A DNA stretch of 64,000 nt from NCBI RefSeq assembly GCF_037042905.1, contig NC_087247.1, positions 5,208,001 through 5,272,000 of the forward strand, read 5' to 3'. The translations under genes and the position numbers were made by a program. This DNA comes from Lytechinus pictus (lineage: Eukaryota). Within the stretch, counting starts at the first letter, position 1, and each line of letters starts with the position of its first letter. Below the pieces are notes generated by a model, which saw only the letters and a list, made by a program, of their open reading frames with translations, searched no databases and had not been told where the DNA came from. This document shows positions 1-13,830 of this stretch, piece by piece.

Positions 1-3000
1 ATATAATTAAATTCAAAACATAGCAACAGTTTTATACAAGCTATATCACATTTACCACGGATCCAGTTTACTTTCAGCTCAACGTGGCCCTGCATGGCGC
101 CTTTTTAAAGACTACTACGCACCACATCCCATGACACACCCCCAAACATTGCATTCTCAGTGTCACCTCTGGTATGTAACGCGTCACATCCTTGAGAGGG
201 GGCAAGGGGAACCGTAGTAAAGCGATATCCCCAGGTAAAATATCATCAAACACGTTACAAGGTGGTAATGTCACTAAAGGTCGGTCCCTTGCCATTGACA
301 TTATCAAAGTCTTACTTGGTGTGAGAAGCTCCAATCACAGTGAAGGCTGCTTTATTTATATTCAATGAGGGTATTTCAGACATTTCCCATTATTATTATT
401 TTTTTTTTGTTGAAGTCAGAAAAAACAAACCATGCTCATTTTGAATCCTTTTGAAGTGAGCTTTTATTTTGCTTATACATATAAGCGAACTTTACTTGCA
501 GAGAGCTGTGTATCATTATCATGGGACAGAAGAGCGACTGATCTGAAAAGGGGAGAGAGAACTGAGTCAGCATATTATGCAAAATAGAGATTCGGTGTTC
601 ACTTGTAATGTTTGCATTTTATGGCTAACTACCACAGAAGTTAGGGAGCCTTCAAACCACATCAATTGAAAGACGGTTGCAAACTAAATTAGAGCGTGAT
701 AGGAAGTCCATGCTATAGGTAATTAACATCGCCCTCACACAATACAAACCCCATTGAGAAAATTATATATCAGACCATAGAGCTATTAGACATTCAAAAG
801 CAAATTTCACACTTATATCAGGCTAGAGTTTAATAGAGGCTACCCTGGGAATCAACAATTGCTTTATTTTCATTCGAGGTGTTATTAATTAAACTTCTTA
901 AAAGTTCTGTGTTCTGCCAGCGTACTATACTCTCACGTCAAACTAGAATCTGCTAATGTGCTTGTAGCTGTAATATGTTTTTATTTCAAAGTGCTATTCT
1001 CCTCACCCTTGACCAGAGCAGCATGTAACTTCCATTTCTTGTTTCTTTTTCTTTTTAAATAATATTAAGTTTACATTCGGAAATCGAAGTACAAGTACAG
1101 GCTATTCACACCATGAACATGCGCAAAATGCGATTTATTCCCAGTTATCCTATGGTGCTGAAATAGGTCTATACATTGATGTCTTTCAAAAATGTTAACC
1201 ATAATTATGTACCTGGCGCGAGCTTTCTCTTACCAGCAGCGGACATACCTTTAAAGCTCTAGAGGAGATTGTCCAAATATGGATACCATATATATTACTT
1301 CCCAGAATGTCCAAATATTAACAGCATCTGTTACAGACTGATAATATGAAATAGAGAGAATAAATTATATAAAACATGCTAATTACTCTTTCAAAAACTT
1401 TGCTTTGGAATGATAAACACATGAAGACCCAAATCTTCTCTAGTCGGAAGTGATAGCTTGTAAGTGTGTGCAATTTTGTAACAGTGATTCGTCTTATCTT
1501 GATATTTTGGGTTTTTACTAATTGGATATTCATTCGTTCGTTCCATCACCTTCACCAACGGCAATCATCGTGCTTGTTTCTCACTGAGTTCTTCTCTGAA
1601 GAAAGGGGAAGTGGATATTTCCACGGCGACCACTAAAAGGGTGTATTATGTCCAGTGATAAAAATCTGGGACAATTCTACCTTTGGTGTCATCATCACCA
1701 AGTTAGTGCTTCCTGTTACATTTAACAAGGCGGACGTATCTGACGCCCGGAATTATCTGTCATGCTTAATGGAAAAACACTATCATGCCATGAGTTCTAA
1801 TGTGACTCCAATGCCGCGTGTACTCACAAACCAGACCTTGGGAAAATGCATTAAATCAGCCACTTAACTTGATCAACTGCTTAACTATAATTGACATAAC
1901 TGATAATGAACCGTGGACGAATGGGTGGTGATGTGACGTCATCGGTCAGATAATATCGAAGATCGAGTCACAATGATTTGCGAAGTGTTTTGGGGGAGTT
2001 TGCATTCATTGCGCCAAGTGACTGACTGACTGACGCAAGGCGGCGTTAGTTAGATAAAATCACATTTGAATACATGTACGTTGTGCATTTCTCGTATAGG
2101 AGACCACGTAATTACACAAATCTGATCACAGGGTCATATGGGTATACCTATATACTAAAAATAGAGTACATATAATGAGCCAGTTTCTTTGAGGGGGCCA
2201 TACATGGCGACCTTTTTAATGAATCGATTTTTTTTCTCTTTTTTTTTCTCCCTTTTTCTCTTGGTCGTGAGACTTTTTTAGGGGGAGGGGCACGGTCCCC
2301 AACTCCCCCAGCTGTACGCCAGTGCCTACCAGCAATGATGAATAGATTCGAATTATGAAGTGGAATTTCTTGATTTTATTATTACTATTATTATTGTTGG
2401 TGTTGTTATTATTATTATTTTAGACAATGGTGTTGGTTTAAGAAGCATTATCACATTGCTCTTGTAATAATCGTGGTGATTTGGTAAAGAGGGTCGGTGC
2501 ATGAGAATATTTTAGATTAGTATCAATGTGGTAACAGTCGACAGTCGAGGGGGGGGGTGGGGTGGGGGTGGTGTGAATGATGGCGCTCTTCAATTTAAAG
2601 ACGTGTGCTTTCCCGATTCCTTTGATATTTTTGCAAGTCATCTTCTTATCTACCCATATGTGTTTGCCTTAGAATATTCAGGAATTAAATTTTTCATTGG
2701 TCATTGCTCATATGTATGCTCCATTGTGGACGCTAACATCATTCTCCTGAATTGTATAAAGTCGTATGCTATATATATTTGCATGATTAGGACGTTTTCA
2801 CATAAAGACGCAGAATGCTTTCAAGAACATAAAATAACGTATTGTCAAATGCCCTTCATAGTCCAGTCAATATAGGGTTTGACCTACCACTAATTGCAAC
2901 ACGAGATATTCCACTGCAATGCTTTCCAGGAAGGTCCCCTAAACAACATATTAAAAGTCCCCAAAAATCCAAGCAGTGGAAATTTATTAAATTTGCATAT

Positions 3001-4805
3001 TATGCAAATTAGCCATAAAAAGTAAGAAAAATAAGGAAAATAGTCCGAAGATTACAAACTAAGTGTCCAAAACATTTTGTTTTGAGCGAAAAACAACTGT
3101 ATTCAATGTTTTTAATCAAAAGTGCAAACAATGAAATCTACTTCATTTGAATATTATGCAAATAAGCATCCTTATATGGACAAAATTTCAAGATATTGTG
3201 ATTTTTCTCACATTGGCTGCTTGAAAACATTTCATTCATGTTTGAATTTACACGCTGCTGTCACTAAGGACGTTGAATACATTTATATTCAGCTTAGTGT
3301 CTAGTGTAATTTGCATATTATGCAAATAAGTATCTAACATGTAATAAATATTCAAGAAAACACACTGGTGATGCATCCCTCAAAACGAGCAACCAAGAAA
3401 TCTTTGACGAATTGGTGAATCAAAACAGCATTTTAGTCCTGGACCCTTGGCAAATGACATATTTACAATTTTTGGTCTCAATTTTTACGACGAACAGCGG
3501 TTCCAATCCACCAATTTTTGACAAAGACCTCCCAGCTTTTAATTGTCATTTGACGGGCATTTCCAACTGAATAATTCTTTATGCGTGTCATGATTATGTC
3601 GAACGTAAATCCCACTCAAACGTGTAATGAAAAGTGTTTTGAAATTCGATATAGAGAACAATAACACCCCCAAATGATATCTATCTACATGTAACTAAAA
3701 AGTTTCAATGAGTAAGTGGTATGGGTGGCTCACTTGCTCAACTGTTAAGTTGGGCCAGTGACATATATAAAATTATGTAAATAATTCGGATATCATTTAG
3801 GATAACCTTTTGGAAAGTGGGGCAGTGATTACTTTTCATTACGCGCAGAGGTCGCTATTTAAGAAAGGGATTCATGTCAGCATTAATTAAGGACAATTTC
3901 TTCTCCGGCGTTGGCTTACAATTCCACTAGTGAATTGAAAAAATACTTATACAACGAATTAAAGAACTTTTAATTATAAAGTCATACATCAATCAATAAA
4001 GGGGCGTGCCATTCTTAAAATTAATAATTCATTTTGGAGGGTTTTTTTTTCTTTAATTTCTTCTTTCATTCCAGGTAAAGATATACATTTCTTCCATAAA
4101 ATGGAGGAATGATAATGACGGCATAGCTTGAGTATAGCAGTGGATTAATATTTTTGTTTTCATTTATTTAGGAGAAAATCAGTTAAAGACAGTCGCATTA
4201 ATGATGATCCGAGAAATAAATTGATCTGTATGATCTGATTGTGTGTGACTCATGGAAGAAGTTTTATATTTCGTCTTGATGAATTCACACTCCTCCGCCC
4301 GAAAAACAAAATGGATTAAAACTTTATATCCTGACGATTTAATTGATGATTAACTCTTCCATTTGTATTAAAGCACGAGTGATAATCAATCGCGAATCAT
4401 TACCGAAAGCGAGAGAATGCTGAGACAAATTAAAGGAATAGTCATACATGTACTAATTCGAAACTCGAAAACAAAGGGCAATCAGACATTTGATACTTGG
4501 TCAAGACAAAATGAAGACAAATATACATTATCAAGTTCTTCTTTAATTACAAAGCTTCTTTTAATGCTTTGTTATTAGGAGTGTCTTAAAATATATTCTT
4601 AGCTGAGGGGATAATCGCGAACGTGAGACTTGTGATCGCAGAGGTATCATATTTGTTCTAGTTATTATAATAAGACCTAAGGTATTAGTTAAGATATTGA
4701 TAAAGGAAATAAAAAAAAATGATAAAAAAATGAAAGAGGAAAACCCCCCAGCATTTCCAATTGTGCTTTTTCTTATTAAAAATATTCACAAAACGGCAAA
4801 AATAG

Positions 4806-4931
4806 TATAAATAGGCAAATTTGACAACCACAGAGCATAATCTGTACCTTAACTGAAGTCGGAGAAACCGATTCTAAATTACAGAATTTCGTTTCCTCTA
4901 GAAAATAAGTTTTTTTACATAATATCTGAAG
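4806..4931 (+). promoter_or_regulatory. TATA box (TATAAATAG, 4806) and putative non-coding first exon of cluster gene 1 ending at donor AG|GTAAAT (4931/4932)
   Basis: The same arrangement (TATA box, ~100 nt leader, GT donor) recurs in genes 2, 3, 7 and 8; the acceptor before the signal exon is at 5243. Confidence 0.6.
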
Positions 4932-5263
4932 GTAAATTAGGAAAATGAATACAAAATAATCTTTGAGAGACAATTACAGCACTAAAAGAAATTAAACTTT
5001 GTTCACTTCGATTGTATCGAACTGCAAATTGTACGAACGATGAAGTATAAAATCGATAGTATCATTTGTCATGTTTATTTTTGTTTAAAGTTTACCTATT
5101 CAAAACACTGTCCTACCCAATTTTCTTTCATTCAGTTAATCTTGTGAGTTTAAAGAAATAAGTTCTTGCTTGGTCTTGACCAGTTTGGCTAGTAATGTTA
5201 ACCTTTCTGTTATTTATTTTCTCCTTTTACATGTTTTTTTTAGGAAAATAAAACTTCATTAAG

Positions 5264-7376
5264 ATGAATAGATCATGGCTCTTCTTGGTCGTCATTGTGG
5301 CGATGGTGGCAGGTGTGTTTTCTGCTCCAGGTAAGAAATTATATTTTTTCGGTTTTAGAACTAGAACAAAACAAAATCCAAATAACAAAATAGCTTTAAA
5401 TAAATTGTGGTAGAAGGAAACGCGGTGCTTGTACTTTGGTTGTGCATTTTTTAACTTTAAATGAATGATGGAAAATTGACCAAGATAATTGATCGAGTAT
5501 AAGCAATTACTGCTGATTAGAATAAGATGGTAGTTTATCATTGATTTGATTATAAATTTTGTAACTATGATGTGCCAATAAAAATGAATGGATCACAAAT
5601 TTCGTGTGAAGCTTTCAACTTGTTGCTGAATTCTTATTTTGGGATTACCTTGCAGCGGAGAGAACGCGGAGAAGCAGCAGCAGCAGCAGTGAGGAGTCTG
5701 ATGCGGGATGCGATTGCGGCGATGGAGGGGACTGCGAACGCGATTGCGGCGACGGAGGAGGTGGCGACTGCGATGGTGGTGATGGTGATTGTGGAGATGG
5801 TGGTTGCGATGGTGGTGACGGTGGCGACTGCGGAGATGGGGGAGATGGTGACTGTGGCGGAGACTGTGGTACGGATGGCTGCGATGGTGATGGAAATTGT
5901 GGCGACGGCGATGGGGGCTGCGATGGCGGTGATTGCGGGGATGGTGGGGACGGTGATTGCGATGGAGGTTGCAATGGGGGTGACGGAGACTGCGGCGATG
6001 GTTGCGGCGATGGAGACAGTTCAAGCTCCTCCAGTAGCAGCAGCGAAGAGGAGAGCGGCGATTGCGAAGTTGACTGCGGTGCTGATGGTGGGGAGGCTGG
6101 CGGCGAGGTCCAGACCGTTTCTGTTCCTGCACCGATCCCAGTTCCACAGGCTCCAGAAATTCATTACCAAGTAGTTGAAAAGCCAATCTACATTCCGGTG
6201 CCTGTCCCTGCTGATGAGGAAGAGGATGATGAGGAAGATGATGGTGATGATGATGAGGGTAATGACGATGACGAAGGAGGAGATGATGGTGGTGATGATG
6301 ACGGTGATGCCGGAGATGATGGTGGAGATGATACAGGTGATGATGGTGGTGATGATGACGGTGACGACGATGATGGCAATGACGATGACGATTGTGGTAT
6401 GAACGGAGATAATGTTGGGTGCGGAGGAATAAAGACAGCTGGTGGGGAAGGTAAGTTGAACATCTGGAAAGATTTTTTTATCTAAAACATGCAATTATAA
6501 AATAATCATTCTGTATAAGTAGTAAATTCGCAGAACATCTCTAACGATTATTATTCCTATTTTCATGATAATGGGAATGCTTCCATAATTTTAGACGTAT
6601 TACCCTAGCTCCTTTTTTTTCTGGCGACTTTTTAGCTCTCGTTCAAATGTTCTTTCATTTGGCACCAAATACATGAGTAGAGAGTTGCAAAAGTAGTTTA
6701 ATGTTTTTCCAAAAGAACATTGCTTTAGCTTCGGGACTCGAACCATGCATGTGCTCCATACTCCGAAGGATTCAAGATAATCCAAGATAATCACTCTTGC
6801 TCTCATTTAATACAATTTGTTTTTAAAAAGAAATAAAACTTCTGAATAAGTAATGTCTTTTAATCATTCAGGTGTGAATGTCTGCACGACATGTCCATCT
6901 TTCATCTCTCGTACTCATTCTGTCTGTGGATCTGACGGTGCCACCTACGGAAATCTATGTGAGCTAAGAGAGTCGGCATGCAGGAGAAACGACAAAAACC
7001 TTAAGGTTATCAGCGAGGGTAAATGCAACGGTAAATATAATCAAGTTAAAAAAAGTCAAATCTGTAATGATCTATGCAAAGTAATATAAAAAGGGTATAC
7101 AATATGAATATTGTTGCCAAATATTGAGTAAGTATTTTTTTTTACAAGTCTCCAAACTCCAAAAGACTCCAAAAGAAACCTCGCACCAGGGAGTTGGGTG
7201 TTCTAACTCCCAACTTCCTGCTCGCACATGGGAAACGTAACGTTATTGCGGGACAATTGGAGTATGGAGAGAACATTGGTGTAATAGATTGCATGGTTCT
7301 GTTCATTTGAATGATGGTTTATAATCATTTTTATCTTTCATTATTTACAGGCAGTCTTGTAAAGCGCACCCACTGA
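5264..7376 (+). CDS. Cluster gene 1: secreted acidic Gly/Asp/Cys-rich protein with C-terminal Kazal domain (~348 aa)
   Basis: Coding exons 5264-5330 (MNRSWLFLVVIVAMVAGVFSAP), 5656-6450 (AERTRRSSSSSSEESD, GDC repeats, SSSSSSSSSEEE, PQAPEIHYQVVEKPIYIPVPVP, Asp/Gly tract), 6872-7030 (Kazal CTTCPSFISRTHSVCGSDGATYGNLCELRESAC...C) and 7351-7376 (GSLVKRTH*). All introns GT-AG and phase 1; total 1047 nt, open; AATAAA at 7811. Confidence 0.88.
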
Positions 7377-9014
7377 ATGCTGCTTCATGGCCGGCCCGAA
7401 ATACCAAGGCATGTCTTTCTATCTGATCGTATAATGGATGGAAGCAGTGATATTTATTTGTTTATTTATTCATTTATTTATGCCCTGTTTACAGACACAC
7501 CATTCCAATATGGAACTAATCACAACAAATCCTAGACAAATCAACCAACATATCTATAAGATTTGAACTCGATTATATTATATGTTAATTTCTTTGATAA
7601 TGATTCGAATGGATTTATGTGTCCTTTTCTACGGCAAGCTCTAACAAATACTTCGTATTATTTGATTGTCTTTATCTACCTCCATGCAATTTGTTTTTAC
7701 GTAATTTTTGACAAATCGATATCTTCTGTAACATAGTAATCGCTTATTTTGGTGATCAATTCTTTATCAATGTATTTTTTTATTTATTGAATCTTGTTAT
7801 TCTTTTAAAAAATAAATCAATTCATACGTCACATTATTGCTTCTTGATGGTTTGCATTATTTGTCATTCGTTTTCTTAAAAAGATTGTCAGGTCAAAATC
7901 AGAGAGAAAACAAAATGCGTGTGGGAGTGAGTGTGTGTGTATGAGGGTTGGTGAGTGTGTGTAAGAGCGAGAGAAACACAGAGAGAGAATGGAATGAGGA
8001 TGGAGAAAGAAAGAGCAAAAAGTGATAGGGGAGAATAGAAAGAGAGAGAGAGAGGGAGAGAGATGAAGACATAACTTAGAACTGATGAGCGTTTCATGAA
8101 AGGTCTTGTCGGACATTTTATCCGACAAGTCCTGATTTATCCGACAGTTACCATAGTAACAGTGCCTCCCAGCCAATCAAAATCTAAGTTGTCAGATCTG
8201 ATAACTTGTCAGACAAAAATGTTGATGAAAGAGTAAGAGAGAGATTGTGAGAGGGATTTTTTTTTAATTTGTTACTATTAACTGTATGACGTCACGTACA
8301 TGAAGGCAAATCACCACGCAATCATTCATGATAATATTATATATCCAGAGTTATCATAACATCAAAACACATCCCCAGAAATATCATTTTTCTATTATTT
8401 TGTTGTTGTTTTACTATCGACAAGACCACAATAATGTATTGGGTTGATGGGGGTATATCAACATGATCAATGTATGATGCATGTAAATATACTGAAATGT
8501 AATTAATGCTACGATTACAAATACTGTTCTTACGAATAACCCGTTCTTGCGAATTTCCCTTTTCTATGAGTTCAGGAATCTGTGTTTTAGTTAATCGCTG
8601 AACCCTGAAAACCAGGGAAAAGGAAAAAGCCAATCTATTAGTCATTGAAGAATATATCCTACAGAGATTTATTTTGTTTTTCGGAAAATGTGAATCATTG
8701 GTGGTGGAGGCACTAACAAAGAGGGCACTTTTTGAAGAATAAGCAAAACCAAGGGGAAAATTTCCACTTTGAGACGCCAATATGAACTGCGGAAATATGA
8801 TATATATTGTACAATGAAAACCATTCATGATAATTATGAATCTATATAAATAGGAAATATTAAATTTTTAATTCATTTACAGACTCCATTCATATGGCAT
8901 GAATATTTTGTTTTAAAATATATACAATGATAACATAAACAAATATATTCATAACTGTATGTCGTATAAATCAGTAATACATCAATACATATTTCAAATT
9001 ATTATAGAGATATA

Positions 9015-10801
9015 CACTCCCCTCCAAAAGTTTGGGAACACCTGCATTCAGTGTGTGCTTTTATATACTTGGTAGACTTTATTGATATTGAGGCTCATAG
9101 CATAGTTGAATTTTTGTTTTAAAGTGAAGATTATACAGCAGTGTAAATTTTGTTATTGATTCAAACAAATTTATACTCTCTTAAATGTCTGGCTACCAGT
9201 CAAGATGGCATTCTTTCAAAATGCTAACTTCTTTTATTACATGCAGTTATTGCTTTTATTCAGAGCTTTTACACTAAAACATGTGCAACTTCATTCATTT
9301 TTCCTTTTCCTAGTCAGAAGTCAGACACAAAAATAAAATCAAACAATACTCAGTGTTTCACTGATATGGAAAATTCGATGGAAAACTCGATGGGATTGAG
9401 ATCTGGGGACTAGGGTGGCCAATCCATGATTTCCAGGACTTGCTTCTCTTCCTTTTTCTTCAAGTAGTCTTTGCATAGTCTTGACATGTGTTTTGGGTCA
9501 TTGTCCTGCTGGAAAACGAATCCTTCTCCGATCAGGCGTTTCCCTGAAGGGATGGCCTTCCGCTGTAGGATTGAATGATAGCCGTGCTGGTTGAGGATAC
9601 CCTCTACTCTGTGCAAGCTGCCTACCTTTCCTGCACCAAAGCAACCCCAAACCATGACATTACCACCACCATGTTTCACAGTTGGCTTGATGCACTGGGG
9701 TAGCATCTTTTCTCCCTTTCGCCGTCTCACATAGGTACGTTGCTTGCTGCCAAACACCTCAAACTTTGATTCGTCAGACCAAAGAACCTTCTGCCACTGC
9801 TCCAAAGACCAGTCTTTATGCTTCCTAGCCCAAGCAAGCCTTTTCTTCCGGTTCTTTTCTTTGAGGAGTGGTTTCCTTGAAGCCACACAGCCCATCAGCC
9901 CTGCTCCACAGAGACGTCTTCTAACAGTTGAAGAACATACAGGCATCTCACGGGTGTTGTTGAGGCCAGCTGTAATTTGTGGGCAAGTCAGACAACGGTT
10001 GCGGAGACTGCTCACCCGAATGTATTTATCTTCAGCAGGAGATGTTGTTTTTGGCCTACCACTTCGTCTCCTGTTCCCATTAGACCCAGTGGCCTCTTTG
10101 CGTTTCAGGCTGTAGTGAACCGCATGGATACTGATCTTGAGTTTCCTGGCTATTTCTTGCATGGAGTAGCCTTCTTTCCTCAAAACTACAATTGACTGAC
10201 GTGTTTCCAAAGAAAGCTGTCTTGTCATAGCCATTTTAATTTTGTGACTGACTTCTGATTAAGAAAACCGAATAGGCAAAATGAGTGAAGGTGCACTTGA
10301 ATAAGTGTAAAAAAACTCTGAATAACTTTTGAATTCATGAATTTCAAATTGCACTGATGTCTACTCCACTTCCATGTATTTGCTTTAAACAAGGATTAGG
10401 CATTTGTCAAGTTCAGATGTTTTCCAGGATAAAGATGCAGATTTCCATAAATTAACTGTCTTATGAACAATACTGAGCAACAAATTCTGAGGACATCTGC
10501 TGTAACATTCACAAAATATTGGGAAGAATTTCAGAAAAGAACCCCAAACAGAACAATGTTAAAAGAAGTAGGCATTTTTTAGAGAATGCCATCTTGACTG
10601 GTAGCCTGCCCTCTTTGGCAGCTGCACGTCCCTTAAGAGCTTTGAATTTGTTTGAATCAATGATAAAATGTACACTTGTGTATAGCCTTCACTTTAAAAC
10701 AAAAATACAGCTGTACTATGAGGCTTAACTTCAGTAAAGTCTACCAAAGTTCGAAAAACACACACTGAAGGCAGGTGTTCCCAAACTTTTGGAGGGGAGT
10801 G
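9015..10801 (-). mobile_element. Tc1/mariner (DD34E-type) DNA transposon with long imperfect TIRs and TA target-site duplication
   Basis: TA|CACTCCCCTCCAAAAGTTTGGGAACACCTGC at 9015 and its reverse complement ending at 10801|TA. Inverted homology runs >200 bp, with a second block 9256-9331 matching ~10240-10325. Confidence 0.95.
9386..10234 (-). pseudogene. Tc1-family transposase, inactivated
   Basis: HTH region, GRPKTT, WSDESKF (first D), VMVWGCF and FQQDNDPKH (second D). WPP*SPDLNPIE has a premature TAG where Gln is expected, and the C-terminus after PIE is missing. Confidence 0.92.
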
Positions 10802-11236
10802 TACATCTATATACAAAGATAAATGATGAATTGAAATTTAACATAAAGAAGGTGTAGCATAATGCAATATACATAAGTTATCTAATTATCAAAAACAAAT
10901 CAGGAACTAAATAAATGTATAACGTTAGAGATATATCTTTGGTAATGGTGGCTTTGGTGGATTTTACATAGCTTGAATGAAATTAAAAAAAAAATGTACT
11001 TGATGTTAAAACTCACCCCTCTTATTTATAATCGCTTTGAAGAACTTGCAAAAATTATCAATTATGTTTTCATTGTCAAGTTTCATTATGAATATACATT
11101 TGTCTTCATCGCTAAGGTTCTTAAACTGTTTATATATATTTCATTGTATAAACTGTATTGTAGTGGCCACAAAATTCACTATTGCGTTTAAGCATGCCAC
11201 CCCCGATCTTGTAAAAATGAGCTTCATTTAGATATT

Positions 11237-11533
11237 AGGGAGTTTTCGCAAATCACTTGGCAGACGCTCTCTGGAACGCTTAGAATCTCTTGAAAATGCC
11301 CGTCAAATCACAATGATGAGCTTAGAGGTCTTTGTCGACAAGTGATGAACCGGAAGAGCAGATCGTCCTAAGATTCGGAGCTGACAAAAAATGCAAATAT
11401 GTCGTTTGTCCCGAGTCCAGAACGACACTCCTGTTTTTATTTACGACAAAGGCTGCTTTGTCATGAAGGGCTTTTGACACTAGATTCTCTACGTTCCAGA
11501 AAGCGTCGGCAAAGTGATTTGCGAAAATTTCCT
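11237..11533. mobile_element. MITE with ~50 bp imperfect TIRs
   Basis: AGGGAGTTTTCGCAAATCACTTGGCAGACGCTCTCTGGAACG ... CGTTCCAGAAAGCGTCGGCAAAGTGATTTGCGAAAATTTCCT. Confidence 0.7.
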
Positions 11534-12342
11534 TCTATAAAAGTGATGAGAAGAAGATGCTCTTATTTGATAAATACAAGCAATCACCCTGATCACAGCA
11601 GACAGGCTTTAAAACAATGAAATGAAATTCCCACCCCCCCAAAAAAAAAGGCCGTGGCATACTCAAGGCATAGGCACGAAATTACAAGCTATCAGTATCT
11701 GAAAATAGGTCTTTAACCTTCAGATGTCCTAAGGAAAAGGCCGACCATTAAGGCACTGCAACTGTGAGAAGTTTGCGAGATTTAAAAAATAAATAGTTAC
11801 TTAAGACGTTCTTAAGGAGTGCGTCCGTCTGCCCGCCTTTCCTTTCACAAGAACACCTTAAGATAATATTTTAACTGAAATGCGATGGAAGAATACAGTG
11901 TATCAAATGGAATGGTTCCAATGGAAATGAAGAGAAGACTGTCTTGCAAAATGACAAAACACATTGTAGTCAAAGTAAAAAGTTTAAAAGCCCTGAAAAT
12001 AAAACAGAAAAGTGTGAAATTTTTGCCAGACTACAAGAAGCGACAGCTTAAAAAAATAGCTAGCCGACAGAAGATTCAGCTGTAAAACGTAATGGGACAT
12101 AGTGAGCCTCATTTCTGGAACGGTTGGTCACCCTGAAGTGAAATATGCCTATCTGCGAAGACACTTGTACTGTACATTAAAAATCGAAACCAAAACAATA
12201 ACAAGTCTTTTTGTAAAACGTTTGCTAAAAATGTCAGGGAGGAAGTGGACAAAATCAACTTAAAAATGCTTCAAGAGACCCTCAAGTTGCGCTGGACGGG
12301 TAGTATAAAAAAAAATTGTCAATATGTTACGCTGTCCTATAA

Positions 12343-13048
12343 CCCTAAAAGGACTGGGCTATTTGAGACGTATTGAGGACGGGGGGGGGGGGGCATGATG
12401 GGCCCCTTCTGATCTTGGCCGCCGTTCGCGCGATCGCGGCGAAATTTGGCACGCACATTCTAAACTACAAGCCAGTATATGAAAAAAAAGTCAGAAAATA
12501 ATTATTTTTTTTCTATTATAAATATAATACGCACATTTATTCGTGAAAAACATTATTTGCATATTTTATCCACAATTTCACTTCAATTTTTTTTTTCCAG
12601 ATGTCATCTTTGTAATAAAGGTTTTACACAGAAAAATTGCGAAAGCCAAATTTGTCTTTGTTTATTTTTAATTCCTAATGTATTTCTCTGTTTTTTAATC
12701 TTTTGTTTTTCATTGTTTTCTTAAACGGAAATTATTACAGCCCATTTAACAACCAAATTAAACCCCTAGATCAATTAAAGCAGACCAATTAGAATGCGGA
12801 AAAATAATTACACTTTTACAAATTTCATCTCCCATAGACTTTGTACACAAAGTATAAAAATGAGTCATCTTCGGCATGACATTTTCTCGTAAAAAGTCAT
12901 GTGGCGTCGCAATGCTATACCCATACGTCGCGAATTTGGTCTCAAAAGTTGCGCGAGACTTAAAAGAAAAAAAAATTGGCGGCGCTATCTTTTTTGCGTT
13001 CTGGAAGCATTAGGGGGGGGGTGCGCCATGCCCCCTGTCCTTTTAGGG
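12343..13048. mobile_element. Non-autonomous piggyBac-like element
   Basis: ATAA|CCCTAAAAGGAC ... GTCCTTTTAGGG|TTAA: CCC/GGG termini with a TTAA-type target (left copy has one mismatch). Confidence 0.75.
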
Positions 13049-13571
13049 TTAAGTCTTATACCATGCTTAACAAAGCTTTGTAGAACTAGCTATAGTCCAT
13101 TGTGTCCATCTTACAAACTAGACCTCAGAAACTATGGTTTACTAGCCCAATGGAAGACTTCCACTTTTATCTCAGACCATAAGAGAGACAACAAATCAAA
13201 CCAGACTATGTTTAACTTAGAGACTTCTTGAAAGGACGAGGGAATTGGTGGTCAGATTGAAGGCTACACCTTTGGAAAGCGTTTGGCACTGATGATGTGC
13301 AGGAAAAGAATTCCACAAACTCCTGATCTTAAATTGAATAAAGGTAAAAATATCAATAACATATAAATATATAGACGACCAGTTTTTGGTCAATACCCAT
13401 CTATGTCGTCAAGAGCTGAGCAAACAAATTGGCGCACTGCTGAAGATTGCTAACAATCTTTGACTGTGAAATATGCCCGTCTGCCATGGATGGATGCCTC
13501 CCATGCACACTGTCTTATCAAGCAGAAGCCCCTCCAAACTGTTGAAGGAGACACCATAATAGATTGTCAAC

Positions 13572-13830
13572 GGGTCGTATGGTCCAGTGGATACAGCATT
13601 GGACTCATAATCGCAAGGTTTGGAGTTCGAATCCCCACTCTGCCATTGTCACCACTTTGATAAAAGGGCCCGAGAGTAATATATGTCGTTAGCCATTATG
13701 ACTGATTAACCTAGACGTAAAATGTTTCCTAGGTCAGCAGGTAATTGGTTATATACCAGCTTTAATTGGCGTTTACCAGCAAATGCTGTCCTGCCGAGTT
13801 CCTACGGGAGTTACCATAAACAGAAACAGA
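13572..13830 (+). mobile_element. tRNA-derived SINE
   Basis: A-box-like TGGTCCAGTGG, B-box GAGTTCGAATCC, body, and AAACAG repeat tail. Confidence 0.7.

Noticed and set aside
74-2050. Possible minus-strand exons (e.g. 543-496) and a CRE site TGACGTCA at 1934 suggesting a neighbouring gene
   Set aside because: I could not assemble a consistent reading frame or recognise a protein.
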